Source of the DNA: Elainellaceae cyanobacterium
GTDB taxonomy: Bacteria > Cyanobacteriota > Cyanobacteriia > CAZCXK01
DNA length: 24,594 nt
Assembly: GCA_051117555.1 (NCBI GenBank)
Contig: JBNPEG010000181.1
Span: forward strand, 1 to 24,594
Direction of reading: 5' to 3'
Both the position numbers and the translations under genes were made by a program. The notes beneath the pieces were generated by a model. It searched no databases and was not told where the DNA came from. It worked only from the letters and a program-made list of their open reading frames with translations. Shown one piece after another: positions 7,240-17,800 of the stretch (positions are counted from its first letter, which is position 1; every line of letters begins with the position of its first letter).

Positions 7240-7853
7240 TGCCCTGATTCCTTCATCGCCTTTAGCAGCGCAGACAGCGCATGATCTTCTGAGGAGTTAA
7301 CCTGCCGATCGAGGAGGGCAATGCTAACGGCCTTAGAAAGCGCGATCGCCGCCACATCGGGGTCGATATCTTCCATGAGGCGATCGAGCGACTGGGGCAC
7401 CTTCAGGGCTGACTTGATGCCTAAAATCATCGGTTCATCAAACCCTAATACTTGAAGTTGGGGATGAAGCGTCTCCCAATCGGGCGCTGAATCTGGATCT
7501 CCGACTTGAATCACATAGGCCAACAACCGTTGCAGCTTCATTTGTTGCTGCTGGGTCACTTGACTGGGCGCATTGGGAATCAAGCCATCCGGTTTTCCAT
7601 GCTTTAAATTCTTAAGAATCTGCTCCCAATCGCGTCCGTCGCAGGCTTCAGGTTTGCCAACCGTAATCGACACTTGAATTTGGTCAGACACCGCATCCAA
7701 ATGATGGACTTTCGCATGGACTCCCAAAAAGCCTAGCCACTGGGCGATCGTGGTGATTAACGTGGAACGAGTCGCCTGGCTGTTTGCCAACAGGCGAATC
7801 TGGGTACGAACCATCGGACGAACAATTTGTGAAAGCATAGCGGTGTCTAACAA
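7236..7853 (-). CDS. Conserved hypothetical protein (205 aa)
   Basis: Long ORF with protein-like composition, convergent with the helicase; the stop codons overlap at TTAA 7236-7239. The start may be ATG 7838. Confidence 0.8.
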   Translation of the reverse strand: MLDTAMLSQIVRPMVRTQIRLLANSQATRSTLITTIAQWLGFLGVHAKVHHLDAVSDQIQVSITVGKPEACDGRDWEQILKNLKHGKPDGLIPNAPSQVTQQQQMKLQRLLAYVIQVGDPDSAPDWETLHPQLQVLGFDEPMILGIKSALKVPQSLDRLMEDIDPDVAAIALSKAVSIALLDRQVNSSEDHALSALLKAMKESGH

Positions 7854-8259
7854 TACGAATAAGAGCTACGAATTTACACCTACACATTAGAATAACCAAA
7901 TTGATCACAATTGCCAGTTCCGATACCAGATATTGCCTTATGCTCCCGCGTTAGGATGCTGACCTCGTGTAAAACCTGCGCGGCGCGCGCATTCTACATG
8001 CAAATCTAAGCCTGTAGGGCTATATTCGCGGCATTGCTGAATCAAAGAATGATGCCGACTGACCTGATTACCTGATTTAAGCCAATTTAAACTTTAAAAA
8101 AATTGCTTGAACATTCGGATATAGCGTGCTTAGCTCCGTAAATTGTTGCGTGCTCTTACGAAATGAAGCGCATAGAATGGACATTGAACAGTCGGGGAAG
8201 TCGAATTTTTGAGATTTCTCCGGTTTATCCAGTTACATACCTCAATTTTTGATCGTTGA

Positions 8260-8679
8260 ATGACCTCTGCATCTAATAAACGTTCTCCATCTATCCAATA
8301 TTCTCCTAAAACCCTGGTTCGCGCAGAGCGATCGCTCCGATGTGCTCCCTTTACGACTCAACTATTTGAAACCATGCGCTGGCGAAGCGTCGAGTTAACC
8401 CAAATTGCTGGAACCTCAGGTGTCCAAAAGGGCTACACAGAGCGATCGCTCTCAGAATTAGCGGCTGAAAGCGATTTACTCTGGCTTATTCAAACGGGGC
8501 TTTTAAGACGTGAAGTTGACGGACAAGGAATTACAGACAGCTTTCGGCTCACTCCATTGGGGCATCAGATTGTCGATAAGTGGCGAAATCGAGCCGGAGG
8601 ATGGGCAAAGCCATCCTGGTTAGACCGTTTGTATAATGCCTTAAACCGATGGGTGCGGATGCCAATGTGGTTGCAATAA
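8260..8679 (+). CDS. Npun_F0494-family protein (cyanobacterial conserved hypothetical)
   Basis: RAERSLRCAPF and LWLIQTGLLRREVDGQGITDSFRLTPLG signature; lies upstream of cobQ as I recall for this family. Confidence 0.85.
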   Translation: MTSASNKRSPSIQYSPKTLVRAERSLRCAPFTTQLFETMRWRSVELTQIAGTSGVQKGYTERSLSELAAESDLLWLIQTGLLRREVDGQGITDSFRLTPLGHQIVDKWRNRAGGWAKPSWLDRLYNALNRWVRMPMWLQ

Positions 8680-8713
8680 CGGATTGCAATAACGGATTGC
8701 AATAACGGGTTGC
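8671..8713. repeat. 13-bp tandem repeat x3 spanning the stop codon
   Basis: TTGCAATAACGGA TTGCAATAACGGA TTGCAATAACGGG TTGC. Confidence 0.9.
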
Positions 8714-8821
8714 GATAGAAACTTTAATAATTTTGGTTCAAATAAATTTTCGGTATTCGGATTGTCTATTGTGTGAATTGCGAACTATGCCCATTACATT
8801 ACGGGGTTCTCGGAGGTTTGG

Positions 8822-10327
8822 ATGAAAGCCATCATGGTGGTCGGGACGACGTCTCACGCTGGAAAATCGTTTATCACAACAGCCTTGTGTCGAATCTTGT
8901 GTCGACAGGGGTGGCGAGTCGCACCGTTTAAGGCGCAAAATATGGCGCTCAATGCCTATGTCACGGCGAATGGTGGCGAAATCGGGCATGCTCAAGCTGT
9001 GCAGGCATGGGCGGCAGGCGTGACGCCTCGCGTCGAGATGAATCCGATTCTCTTAAAGCCTCAGGGGGATCAAACCTCTCAAGTCATTCTCAAGGGTAGA
9101 CCCATCGGGCGGATTGGCGCAGCCGACTATTATGAGCAATTTTTTGATACCGGGTGGCAAGCGATTGAAGAGAGTTTGCGCCGACTTGGAGAGGAATTTG
9201 ACCTGCTGATTTGTGAAGGGGCAGGCAGCCCCGCAGAAATCAACCTGAAACACCGCGATATGGCAAATATGCGGGTAGCCAAAGCGCTGAATGCTCCCAC
9301 TATTATGGTGGTTGATATTGACCGGGGCGGCGCGTTTGCCCACATCGTCGGCACGCTTGAGTTGCTTGACCCAGATGAACGTGACTTGATTAAAGGCATC
9401 ATCATCAACAAGTTTCGAGGACAGCGATCGCTCCTTCAGTCGGGAATTACCTGGCTCGAAGAACGCACGGGTATTCCAGTGATCGGAGTGATTCCTTGGC
9501 TTGATCAAGCCTTTCCAGCCGAAGATTCTCTATCGTTGATGGATCGACACAGCGGTCATGATCCACGAGACGTAACCGTCGCAGTCATTCGTCTGCCCCG
9601 GATTTCCAATTTCACTGATTTTGACCCCCTCGAAGCCGAGTCATCGGTTTCGGTCAAATACGTCGGGCTCAAAGATAATCTGGGCTACCCAGATGCCGTT
9701 ATTCTACCCGGTTCTAAAACGTCTATTGCCGACTTAATCGCGCTTCAACGTACCGGGATGGCGGAAGCTATCCAAAGCTATGCGGCAGCGGGGGGCACCG
9801 TGCTTGGCATCTGCGGCGGATTTCAGATCATGGGCAAGATGCTCGCCGATCCGGAGGGGCTTGAGGGTCACGAGGGTCGATATCGAGGACTTGATCTAGT
9901 TCCATTAAAGACGGTCATTACAAACCAAAAAGTGGCGCGGCAGCGATTAGTGACATCCAATTATCCTCAGCCTGGGCTTCCGGTCAGCGGATATGAAATC
10001 CATCAGGGTCGTAGCCAAATTATGCTCAATTCGGACAATGCTCAAGACGAAGAGGGGCCGGTCTTTAAAGCTATGTTCGATGATGCCAATTTAGGCGTTG
10101 TTGATATGAGTCAATCGATTTGGGGAACGTATCTACACGGGATTTTTGATAACGGCCCGTGGCGTCGATCTTGGCTGAATCGACTTCGCAAACAACGAGG
10201 GCTCAATTCCTTACCCACCGGCATTCCCAACTATCGTGAACAGAGAGAGGTCATGCTAGATTCGGTGGCAGATGTTGTCGATGCCTATGTTGACCTCAAG
10301 CCGATTTTGCCATACTTAGACAAGTAG
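8822..10327 (+). CDS. cobQ: Cobyric acid synthase
   Basis: GTTSHAGKS, PFKAQNMALN, EGAGSPAEINL, DIDRGG, ISNFTDFDPL, and glutaminase-domain GICGGFQ and GTYLHG. Confidence 0.97.
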   Translation: MKAIMVVGTTSHAGKSFITTALCRILCRQGWRVAPFKAQNMALNAYVTANGGEIGHAQAVQAWAAGVTPRVEMNPILLKPQGDQTSQVILKGRPIGRIGAADYYEQFFDTGWQAIEESLRRLGEEFDLLICEGAGSPAEINLKHRDMANMRVAKALNAPTIMVVDIDRGGAFAHIVGTLELLDPDERDLIKGIIINKFRGQRSLLQSGITWLEERTGIPVIGVIPWLDQAFPAEDSLSLMDRHSGHDPRDVTVAVIRLPRISNFTDFDPLEAESSVSVKYVGLKDNLGYPDAVILPGSKTSIADLIALQRTGMAEAIQSYAAAGGTVLGICGGFQIMGKMLADPEGLEGHEGRYRGLDLVPLKTVITNQKVARQRLVTSNYPQPGLPVSGYEIHQGRSQIMLNSDNAQDEEGPVFKAMFDDANLGVVDMSQSIWGTYLHGIFDNGPWRRSWLNRLRKQRGLNSLPTGIPNYREQREVMLDSVADVVDAYVDLKPILPYLDK

Positions 10328-10385
10328 TCCTCTAATAAAGTCGCCTCTAGAGTAGGCGAAACCGATATCCTGCATTCGACGACTC

Positions 10386-10625
10386 ATGAGCGTTCAAATT
10401 CACTTTCTACCTGACAATTTAACGGTTGACGCTGAAGTGGGAGAACCGCTTCTTCAGGTTGCCGATCGCGCGGGGATTAGTATCCCGACCGGATGCTTGA
10501 TGGGGTCTTGCCATGCCTGCGAAGTTGAGCTTGAGAATGGTGATGTCATTTGCTCGTGCATTTCGGCAGTTCCACCGGGCCAATCTCAGATGACGATTAA
10601 CCTGTCTGTTGATCCGACATGGTAG
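10386..10625 (+). CDS. Small 2Fe-2S ferredoxin-like protein
   Basis: C-x4-C-x2-C (GCLMGSCHAC) plus a distal Cys (ICSC); 79 aa. Confidence 0.9.
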   Translation: MSVQIHFLPDNLTVDAEVGEPLLQVADRAGISIPTGCLMGSCHACEVELENGDVICSCISAVPPGQSQMTINLSVDPTW

Positions 10626-10674
10626 ATTAATCCGACGTGGTAAATATGGGGAATGGTTAGTCCATTCTGGGTCT

Positions 10675-11211
10675 ATGATGATTCATCCAGACGGTTTATG
10701 CCCGCCCCGGTCAATTGAGTTTCGTCATCGGGCCGCGATCGCCCTGGGTGGCAATTTAGGACATCCAAAAACCACCCTAGAATCAGCATTAGAGGCGATC
10801 GCCCATACACCGGGAGTGGTTTTAGGCGCCCATTCTCGTTTTTATGAAACGGTTGCGGTGGGCCCTCCCCAGCCGAATTTTTTGAATGCGTGTGCGCTGG
10901 TATCAACCGACCTGACTGCCCGAGAGCTGCTGCACGTGCTGCTTGATATCGAAGCCCAATTCGGACGCATTCGTCGAGAAAGATGGGGCCCTCGCTCTCT
11001 CGATTTAGATTTGCTCTTATTTGATGATCAGATTGTTAGACTGCCCCATTTGCAGGTTCCTCATCCCCGAATGAACGAACGCGCTTTCGTTTTAGTGCCG
11101 TTGGCAGACGTGGCGCCCGATTGGATTGACCCCATCTCTGGGCTAGCGATCGCCCAACTCCTGGAAGCTGTTGATTGTTCGGGAGTGGTTGGGGCAGACA
11201 TCCTGGATTGA
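10675..11211 (+). CDS. folK: 2-amino-4-hydroxy-6-hydroxymethyldihydropteridine diphosphokinase (HPPK)
   Basis: IALGGNLG, YET..GPPQPNFLNA, RWGPRSLDLDLL and PHPRMNERAFVLVPL. ATG 10675 is preferred over TTG 10609. Confidence 0.95.
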   Translation: MMIHPDGLCPPRSIEFRHRAAIALGGNLGHPKTTLESALEAIAHTPGVVLGAHSRFYETVAVGPPQPNFLNACALVSTDLTARELLHVLLDIEAQFGRIRRERWGPRSLDLDLLLFDDQIVRLPHLQVPHPRMNERAFVLVPLADVAPDWIDPISGLAIAQLLEAVDCSGVVGADILD

Positions 11212-11219
11212 TCGACCTC

Positions 11220-12635
11220 TCACTCCACATGCAGCCAAGCCCGACCTCGCTGGAGCAGGTCTGACAGGCCACCCACTTGCCAAACGCCGACACGATTCTC
11301 ACCATTGATGGCGGCGAGTTTTTCACCCGCATCACTAAAAGCGATCGCTACAATCGGGGTGCTGTGGTAGATACCGGAGGAATCGCCCAAATTCCATTCA
11401 CCCACCAAATCGCCGGCTGCCGTCCAGAGGCGCACCTGCCCATCCGCACTGCCCGTTGCGAGGCGCTGTCCGTCAGGGCTGAGTGCAAGGCTGTCGATTC
11501 GGGTGTCATGGGCGACGAATGAAATGATTTCGCGCCCGGATGAGGTCCAACGTCGTACGGTTCCATCGTTGCTGCCCGTGGCAAGCTGCTGGCTATCAGC
11601 GCCAAAGGCGACAGTGCCACCTGGCAGAGCAGCAATGGTTTCTCCATCAATCATCCAGAGGCTGGTCATATCTTGCACCGAGTTGGCGATCGCAACCTGC
11701 TGGCGATCGGGGCTAAACTGCACGTTTGCGATGCTGTCATCATTAGCAATTCGCCGGATCTGCTCACCTGACCAATTGGCAAGTATGACGCTGCCTCCCC
11801 CCCGACTGATTGCTAAAAAGGTTTGCTCGTCAGGGGTCAATTCGATTTGCCAAAACTGCTGAGAGCCGTCCGCAAGTTGGGCGATTTGCTGTCCGTCGCG
11901 ATTCCAGATATACATCGTTCCGGTTCGTGAATCGGTCGTCACAATCCGCTGGCTGTCTGGGCTGATGGTGATGCTGCCGACCTGCTGATGTCCAGACAGT
12001 TCGCCGATCTCTTGGCCGTTCAGATTCCAGAGTTTCACGGTTGAGCCTTGCTCATTTGCCGTCGCCAGAATTTGCCCATCCGGACTCAACACCATCGTGC
12101 TAATGCCCAGACAGCAGCCTGAGGCAGTGTGTTCAATGGCGATCGCCCCTCCGTCCGCTCCCTCGTCTGCTCCAGATGGCGTCCAGATAAAGACCTGATT
12201 GCTGTTTAGTCCTTCAACAGCAAACCCTCGTCCATCAGGCATGAAGGTAAATGAAGGCAACCGAAACGGCACGTTGAACTGCCCCAGTCGCTGACCCGTC
12301 ACATCCCAAACGCGAAGGATGCTTTGCTCATCAAACGTATCAGTCGCTTCAATCGAGACAAGTATCTGACCGTCGGGGCTAAATGTGGCGTCTGTGCCCG
12401 CGAGTTCTGCCAGCGTGCGATCGCCCACAAGGTCTTTTAGCAGCAAGACATTGCGATCGGTCTTTTCAGCCAGATAGCGACCGTCCGAGCTGAAATTTTG
12501 ATAGCCGCTAAACCCTCTGGCTAAGAGCATTTCGTCCGTGAGACTCCACATGATATCGTCATTGACAATGAGCTGCTCAGCGTCGGGCGTAAAGCGAAGC
12601 GAGTCGGCTTGATAAAAATCAGCAATATCTATCAT
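11220..12635 (-). CDS. WD40-repeat beta-propeller protein, probable C-terminal half of a frameshifted gene
   Basis: Repeated FSPDGQ/LATGS.DG.VRLW blades and C-terminal LSDLLQRGRAWL cap; overlaps the upstream ORF by 17 nt. Confidence 0.85.
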   Translation of the reverse strand: MIDIADFYQADSLRFTPDAEQLIVNDDIMWSLTDEMLLARGFSGYQNFSSDGRYLAEKTDRNVLLLKDLVGDRTLAELAGTDATFSPDGQILVSIEATDTFDEQSILRVWDVTGQRLGQFNVPFRLPSFTFMPDGRGFAVEGLNSNQVFIWTPSGADEGADGGAIAIEHTASGCCLGISTMVLSPDGQILATANEQGSTVKLWNLNGQEIGELSGHQQVGSITISPDSQRIVTTDSRTGTMYIWNRDGQQIAQLADGSQQFWQIELTPDEQTFLAISRGGGSVILANWSGEQIRRIANDDSIANVQFSPDRQQVAIANSVQDMTSLWMIDGETIAALPGGTVAFGADSQQLATGSNDGTVRRWTSSGREIISFVAHDTRIDSLALSPDGQRLATGSADGQVRLWTAAGDLVGEWNLGDSSGIYHSTPIVAIAFSDAGEKLAAINGENRVGVWQVGGLSDLLQRGRAWLHVE

Positions 12636-14163
12636 AAGGAAGCGGCAGTTTGAAGCGATCGCTCGGGCTATTCACCGTCCATAGGCTAATGGTTTGGGGC
12701 GATCGCACGGTGGCGATGCGAGCCAGATCGGGCGAAAGAATCGGCGCATTTTGAGACGACGACGTGACAATGGCAAATTCAGTTAGCTTTCTTAAATCGG
12801 CTTCAGTCAATACGCCTGCGCCGTCACGTATGCCGCGCGTGCCTGCAATATTCCAGAGCTGAGCCGTGTCTTGATCGACGATTAGCATGCGGCTACTGTC
12901 GTCATTGAAATGAATAGATGGATTCTCAAATTCGCCTACCAGTTGGGCATTAAATTGGGCGATCGGATCGCGAAACCAGACAGTGCCGTCATCGGTTGTG
13001 GTGATAACCCATGCTCCATCCGGGCTGAAATACACATTAGATCCGGGCAATTCGGCAATCGATTCGCCTGTGATGTCCAGTAGTTCAACCCTTCCTGCAT
13101 CCGTGATGACTGCGATGCGATCGCCTGTCGGACTGACCTGAATCTGGCGTACAGCAGCAGTTTGCAATATCACAGGTTGCATCACGCCTGCTTGATTGAT
13201 GCGCTGGATGACACCAGAGTCTTGGGCGATGAAAAGGTGCGACCCGTCAGGGCTAAAGTCGAGGCTGGTGATGGTCTCAAGACGGGCAATCTCGGCTCCC
13301 GCCATCGTCCACAAACTCACGGCCTGATCGCCGCTGCGGGTCGCAAACCATTGCCCATCTGGGCTAACTAGGATCCGATCAATAAAGTGTTGGTGATCGA
13401 TCTGCCCGATTTGCTGCCCCGACAGATTCCAGAGTTCCAACGTGCTGCTCTCGATGCGCTGCGTAAAAATCCGCTGCCCGTCTGGGCTGAGGGCAACCCG
13501 AAAGACAAAGCTATCTTCCTGAAATTGGGTCACCTGTTCGCCAGTGGCAACGTCCCAGACGTGAATTGTGCTGTTTTGATCGTCGTCAATAGTGATGGCT
13601 GCGATATAGGCTCCATTAGCGCTGAAGCTCATGCCGTATTGTCCGGAGAGGGTATGACGCAACTGCCCTGACCAGTCCCAAAGCTGGATACCCTCGCCTC
13701 GACCCAGCGTTGCCAACACCGCCCCATCCGGGCTCTGGCTCAAGGTTTCTAGCGGTTGAGTGAGTTGAATCTGATGAGCTTCATGAATGGTGTCAAGAAT
13801 CGTCTGTAGTGCTAGGACAAGAATCAAAGCCGGATAGTCGGTCAACGGCTGCCCCAGACTGACGCGATCGCTCAATTGCTCTCCTGCTTGAAGGGCAAGC
13901 CGCAATGCTGCCAGTTGCTCGCCCGCCTCAAATCGCTGGAGAGCGAGAAACCCTTGCCGCTCAAGCCGAGCAGCATCGATTTGCTGGGCTGATTCAACGA
14001 CGCTGATTTCTGACTGTATCAACCCCGCCGATGGAGAGAGCGGTTCTGAGCCTACTTCTGAAATGGGATTGGCATTTGCGGAGACACTGCTGAAGGGGGC
14101 GATCGCCACCAAGACTGCCCAACCCGTGAAATAACGCAGCAGCATGGCAGATATTGAATGCAT
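12619..14163 (-). CDS. Signal-peptide WD40-repeat protein, probable N-terminal half of a frameshifted gene
   Basis: Signal-like N-terminus (RYFTGWAVLVAIAPFSSVSANA), a helical segment LERQGFLALQRFE...LALQTILDTIHE, then SPDG..LW WD40 repeats. Confidence 0.85.
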   Translation of the reverse strand: MHSISAMLLRYFTGWAVLVAIAPFSSVSANANPISEVGSEPLSPSAGLIQSEISVVESAQQIDAARLERQGFLALQRFEAGEQLAALRLALQAGEQLSDRVSLGQPLTDYPALILVLALQTILDTIHEAHQIQLTQPLETLSQSPDGAVLATLGRGEGIQLWDWSGQLRHTLSGQYGMSFSANGAYIAAITIDDDQNSTIHVWDVATGEQVTQFQEDSFVFRVALSPDGQRIFTQRIESSTLELWNLSGQQIGQIDHQHFIDRILVSPDGQWFATRSGDQAVSLWTMAGAEIARLETITSLDFSPDGSHLFIAQDSGVIQRINQAGVMQPVILQTAAVRQIQVSPTGDRIAVITDAGRVELLDITGESIAELPGSNVYFSPDGAWVITTTDDGTVWFRDPIAQFNAQLVGEFENPSIHFNDDSSRMLIVDQDTAQLWNIAGTRGIRDGAGVLTEADLRKLTEFAIVTSSSQNAPILSPDLARIATVRSPQTISLWTVNSPSDRFKLPLPYDRYC

Positions 14164-14289
14164 AGAGTGTTGTTTGGGAATTTAGTCAGGTCACCCCTGC
14201 ATCCTACTCAGACCCATGGAGAAATCTTAAGAGACACTATGCCGCTTTTTTGACATGCATAGTAGAGATGACGCGCAACGCGTCTATTA

Positions 14290-14331
14290 CGAATGTTTGA
14301 AAGCGAATGTTTGAAAGCGAATGTTTGAAGG
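14290..14331. repeat. 14-bp tandem repeat x3
   Basis: CGAATGTTTGAAAG CGAATGTTTGAAAG CGAATGTTTGAAGG, preceded by the small hairpin GACGCG-CAA-CGCGTC. Confidence 0.9.
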
Positions 14332-14356
14332 CAGCACCAGTGATTTTCGCTCCCGA

Positions 14357-14725
14357 TCAGTTAGAGGTAACGCTGGGGTAAGAACATTCCAAGACCACAC
14401 AGTCCGTCTTAGCACGGAAGGGGCCATGTACCTCGCCAGGGGGACGACTGGCATAATCGCCAGCATCTAGCCAGCGGTCGAATGCTTGGTCATAGAGCTG
14501 ACCCGAGATGATGAAAATTTCTTCGGGGTAGTCATGAACTTGTGATCCAAAGGAAGTGGTATCGGTTCCTGCTTTGAATCGAGTCAGGCGAGTGTAATTA
14601 CCTGTTGCTTCATCGATCGCCAGGGTCAGTTGCTCAACCATGCCGTCCGTGCCTTCGATCGCTGTCCATTGTTTGGCATGTTCGGCATGCAAAGGATTCC
14701 AGTAAGTTGTTGTAGTTTTAGCCAT
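14357..14725 (-). CDS. Cupin-domain protein (ChrR-like/Cupin_7)
   Basis: YTRLTRF..G, HDYPEEIFIISG and GDYASRPPGEVHGPF cupin motifs. ATG 14725 (MAKTTTTYWNPL) is preferred. Confidence 0.85.
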   Translation of the reverse strand: MAKTTTTYWNPLHAEHAKQWTAIEGTDGMVEQLTLAIDEATGNYTRLTRFKAGTDTTSFGSQVHDYPEEIFIISGQLYDQAFDRWLDAGDYASRPPGEVHGPFRAKTDCVVLECSYPSVTSN

Positions 14726-14834
14726 GGTGGTTTTGCCTGTGGTGTTCACATCTTTTAATATGCTTAAGAATCGAGAACATCTAGAGAACTGAGAGTATGA
14801 GTCTCGCAAGGAATGTATCTGAGAGACACCACTC

Positions 14835-14876
14835 TAATTTCCAATAGACCTAGTTTAATTTCCAATGGACCTAGTT
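14835..14876. repeat. 21-bp direct repeat x2 spanning the cyaC stop codon
   Basis: TAATTTCCAATAGACCTAGTT TAATTTCCAATGGACCTAGTT. Confidence 0.88.
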
Positions 14877-17800
14877 CGGAGCCGATCCGACATTTGAACG
14901 GATTGCAAATGTCAACACGGTTTCGTCCACACCCTTCAGCTTTAGAGGTCTAACCTTGGTGATGACCTCTTCTCCTAGATAATCAGCTACAGCAGCCGAG
15001 ACCAAAATTGAATTGGGTTCTGCTGCCGCCTGGATGCGTGCCGCAATGTTAACGCTGGGTCCAATAGCGGTATAGTCTGCCCTCTCGGCTCCGCCAAACA
15101 TGCCGACAACAGCCGACCCTTGGTGAATACCACAGCGAAATTGGACGGGGTCAATTCCTTGGGCTTGCCAGCGTTCGTTGAGGGTTTCGAGGGATTGATG
15201 CATCTGTCGAGCCGCTGCGATCGCCCGTCGCACTTGTTCATCGGGGCTTAAGTCTTCAGGAGCGCCAAACAGAGCCAGGATGGCATCTCCCATAAACTTA
15301 TCCACGGTTCCCCCGTGGTCGAAAATCGCCTGGGTCATGTCAGTTAAATATTCATTTAATACTTCAGCGACTCGGCGCGATCGCAGCGTGTTTGACAATT
15401 GAGTGAAGCCAATGATGTCACTGAACAAAACGGTGACTAAGCGCGGTTCTGGACGCAAATCGAGCGCAAGTTCTCCGCGTGCTGCTTTACGAACGAGCTG
15501 GGGAGGCAAAAATCGCTTCAAGACTGATTCTGTTAGATAGGTATTAAGCTCGGCAACTCGCATTTCATTGGCTTTTAGGGCGAGTAGATTACGGACTTCA
15601 GCCAGCAATTCGCGATGATTAAAGGGTTTAGATAAATAGGCATTTGCTCCTTGTTCGGTTCCTTCGATGCGCGTATCTTCATCCGCCTTCGCAGTCAGCA
15701 GAATGATCGGCGTTCCGTTGAGTTCATCATGGTTTCGAATCTGTTGAATCATCTCTAGACCTGACATAACAGGCATCATCCAGTCAGAGACAACTAAATC
15801 AGGGCGAATGCGTTGTAACAATTGGAAGCCGTCCAATCCATTGCGAGCGATCGAAACCTGGTATCCTGCTTTTTGCAACACCGTAGACACATAATTTCGC
15901 AAGTCTGGATTGTCGTCTACGACTACGATATGAGCATTCGTTTGATCCTCAGAATCATCCGGTGAGGGGGGCATCTTGACTCGATGTGAATCGACCTCGT
16001 CAACAGATTCACCCACGCTGCGATCGCCCCCATCGTGAAGATCAGCTTCAATATCAGCAAGCTCAACGAGCGCTCGACTATGCTCAATTTCGGCAGGTAC
16101 TTCAATCACCTGGTCAACCGGCAAATGTGCCAATCCGGTAGGTAGCCACACAGTAAATGTTGTGCCTTCACCGAAGGTCGATTCAAGGGAAACGGTTCCA
16201 CCGTGAAGTTCAACCAGCTCTTTGACGAGGGCAAGCCCGAGCCCACTGCCTTCAAAGCTGCGATTAGTTGAACCCTCCGCTTGGTGAAACCGCTCAAACA
16301 GATGGGGAATCTGATCGGCTCGAATGCCAATGCCGGTATCTTGAACTCGTAGAAGGCAATGATCGGTCGCCGAATCTAGCATCACCGTGATGGTGCCGCC
16401 CGCCGGAGTAAATTTTATTGCGTTGGATAGCAGATTATATAGAACTTTGTCGAATTTCTCTAAATCCAGATAAATAGGAGGGCATGCGTTTAAGCTCGCC
16501 AATAGCTGAATCTGCTTTTTCTCGCTATAAGGACGAAATGATTCGACGATTTGACTGACAAAGTCGACGACATCGCATGGGCGAAATCGAGGTTGCATGC
16601 GCCCTGCATCAAGTCGTTGTAAATCGAGGAGTTGATTGACTAACCGTAACAGGCGGCGAGAATTGCGCAGAGCAATGACGGATTGCTCATAGGTTAAGCC
16701 TTGCTGCCGAGCCACCGACTCTTCGAGTGGGCCAATCGTCAGGGTTAAGGGCGTACGAAATTCGTGAGAAATGGTTTGAAAGAATTCCGTTTTTTGGCGA
16801 TCGAGTTCTAATAGTTGCTCTGCCTGCTGACGCATCGTCTGATATAGCCGGGATTGCTGAACGGCGATCGCAGCTTGGGCAGCAACGGTTTGGACTAACT
16901 CAATTTCTTCAGGTTGCCAATGGCGCGGCTGATGGGCATGACGAAGCGAAATGCTGCCGATGATCTGCCCATCGGAGAGGAGCGGCATCACCAACAACGC
17001 TCGTGCGGGCGATCGCACAGGCAAATCCAACCTATTCATTTCAGGATGTTGGCTTAAATCATCAATCACAACGGGTTCTTGAGTGGCCAACAGTTGTTTG
17101 AGCACCGGATTGCCATCAATCGGAACGAGAGACTGAGGCAACGGGCGACTCTCATCACCCGTCGTATACAAATTGGACTCAGCCACATTAGCTCCAGAAA
17201 TAGGAAGTACCCCTACCCAGGTTTCACCCTGATTTTCGAAGGAATCAGGCGAGGTCGAATGATATTCGCGACGGTAAACGGCATCATGAAGCCCAACACA
17301 CTGAACAAATTCATCGTTTTCTGTCCACAGTGATAGAGCACAGCCATCCACATGAAGCGCCTGTCCGAGCTGTTGAGTAATGGCCGCAAAAATACTTTGG
17401 GGATCAAGGCTAGAGCGGATTGCCGTTGTAATCGTATTGACGAGTGCCTCTCGCTTCGCCAAGGCTCTGACTCGCTCATAGGCACGTGATTGGGACAGTG
17501 CCAGTGCAGCCTGATCGGCTACCATCATGACCAATCGAACGTCATCCTCATGCCAATTGCGGAGATATGCACACTGATGGAGCGCTAAAACTGCCATCAG
17601 GTCTTGCTGACAAATCAAGGGAACAATCAGGCTCGATCGAATGCCCGCCTTTTTATAGGCGTCGACGCATACCTGATCAACCGCCCCCCCTAAGGAAAGA
17701 TGCCAATCCGTTTGAGCGTCTTCGATGACCTGAACGTCTAGCGATTTCCAGACGGTATGGATCAAGCTGCTGATATCGAATGAGTGGTCGGATTGGGGAA

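Noticed and set aside
8680..8821. Cobalamin riboswitch upstream of cobQ
   Set aside because: The region is short and AT-rich, with no B12-box or other conserved riboswitch elements recognisable.
11220..14163. Diversity-generating retroelement or highly identical WD40 repeat diversification
   Set aside because: No reverse transcriptase is present, no near-identical template/variable repeat pair was seen, and the WD40 repeats are diverged from one another.
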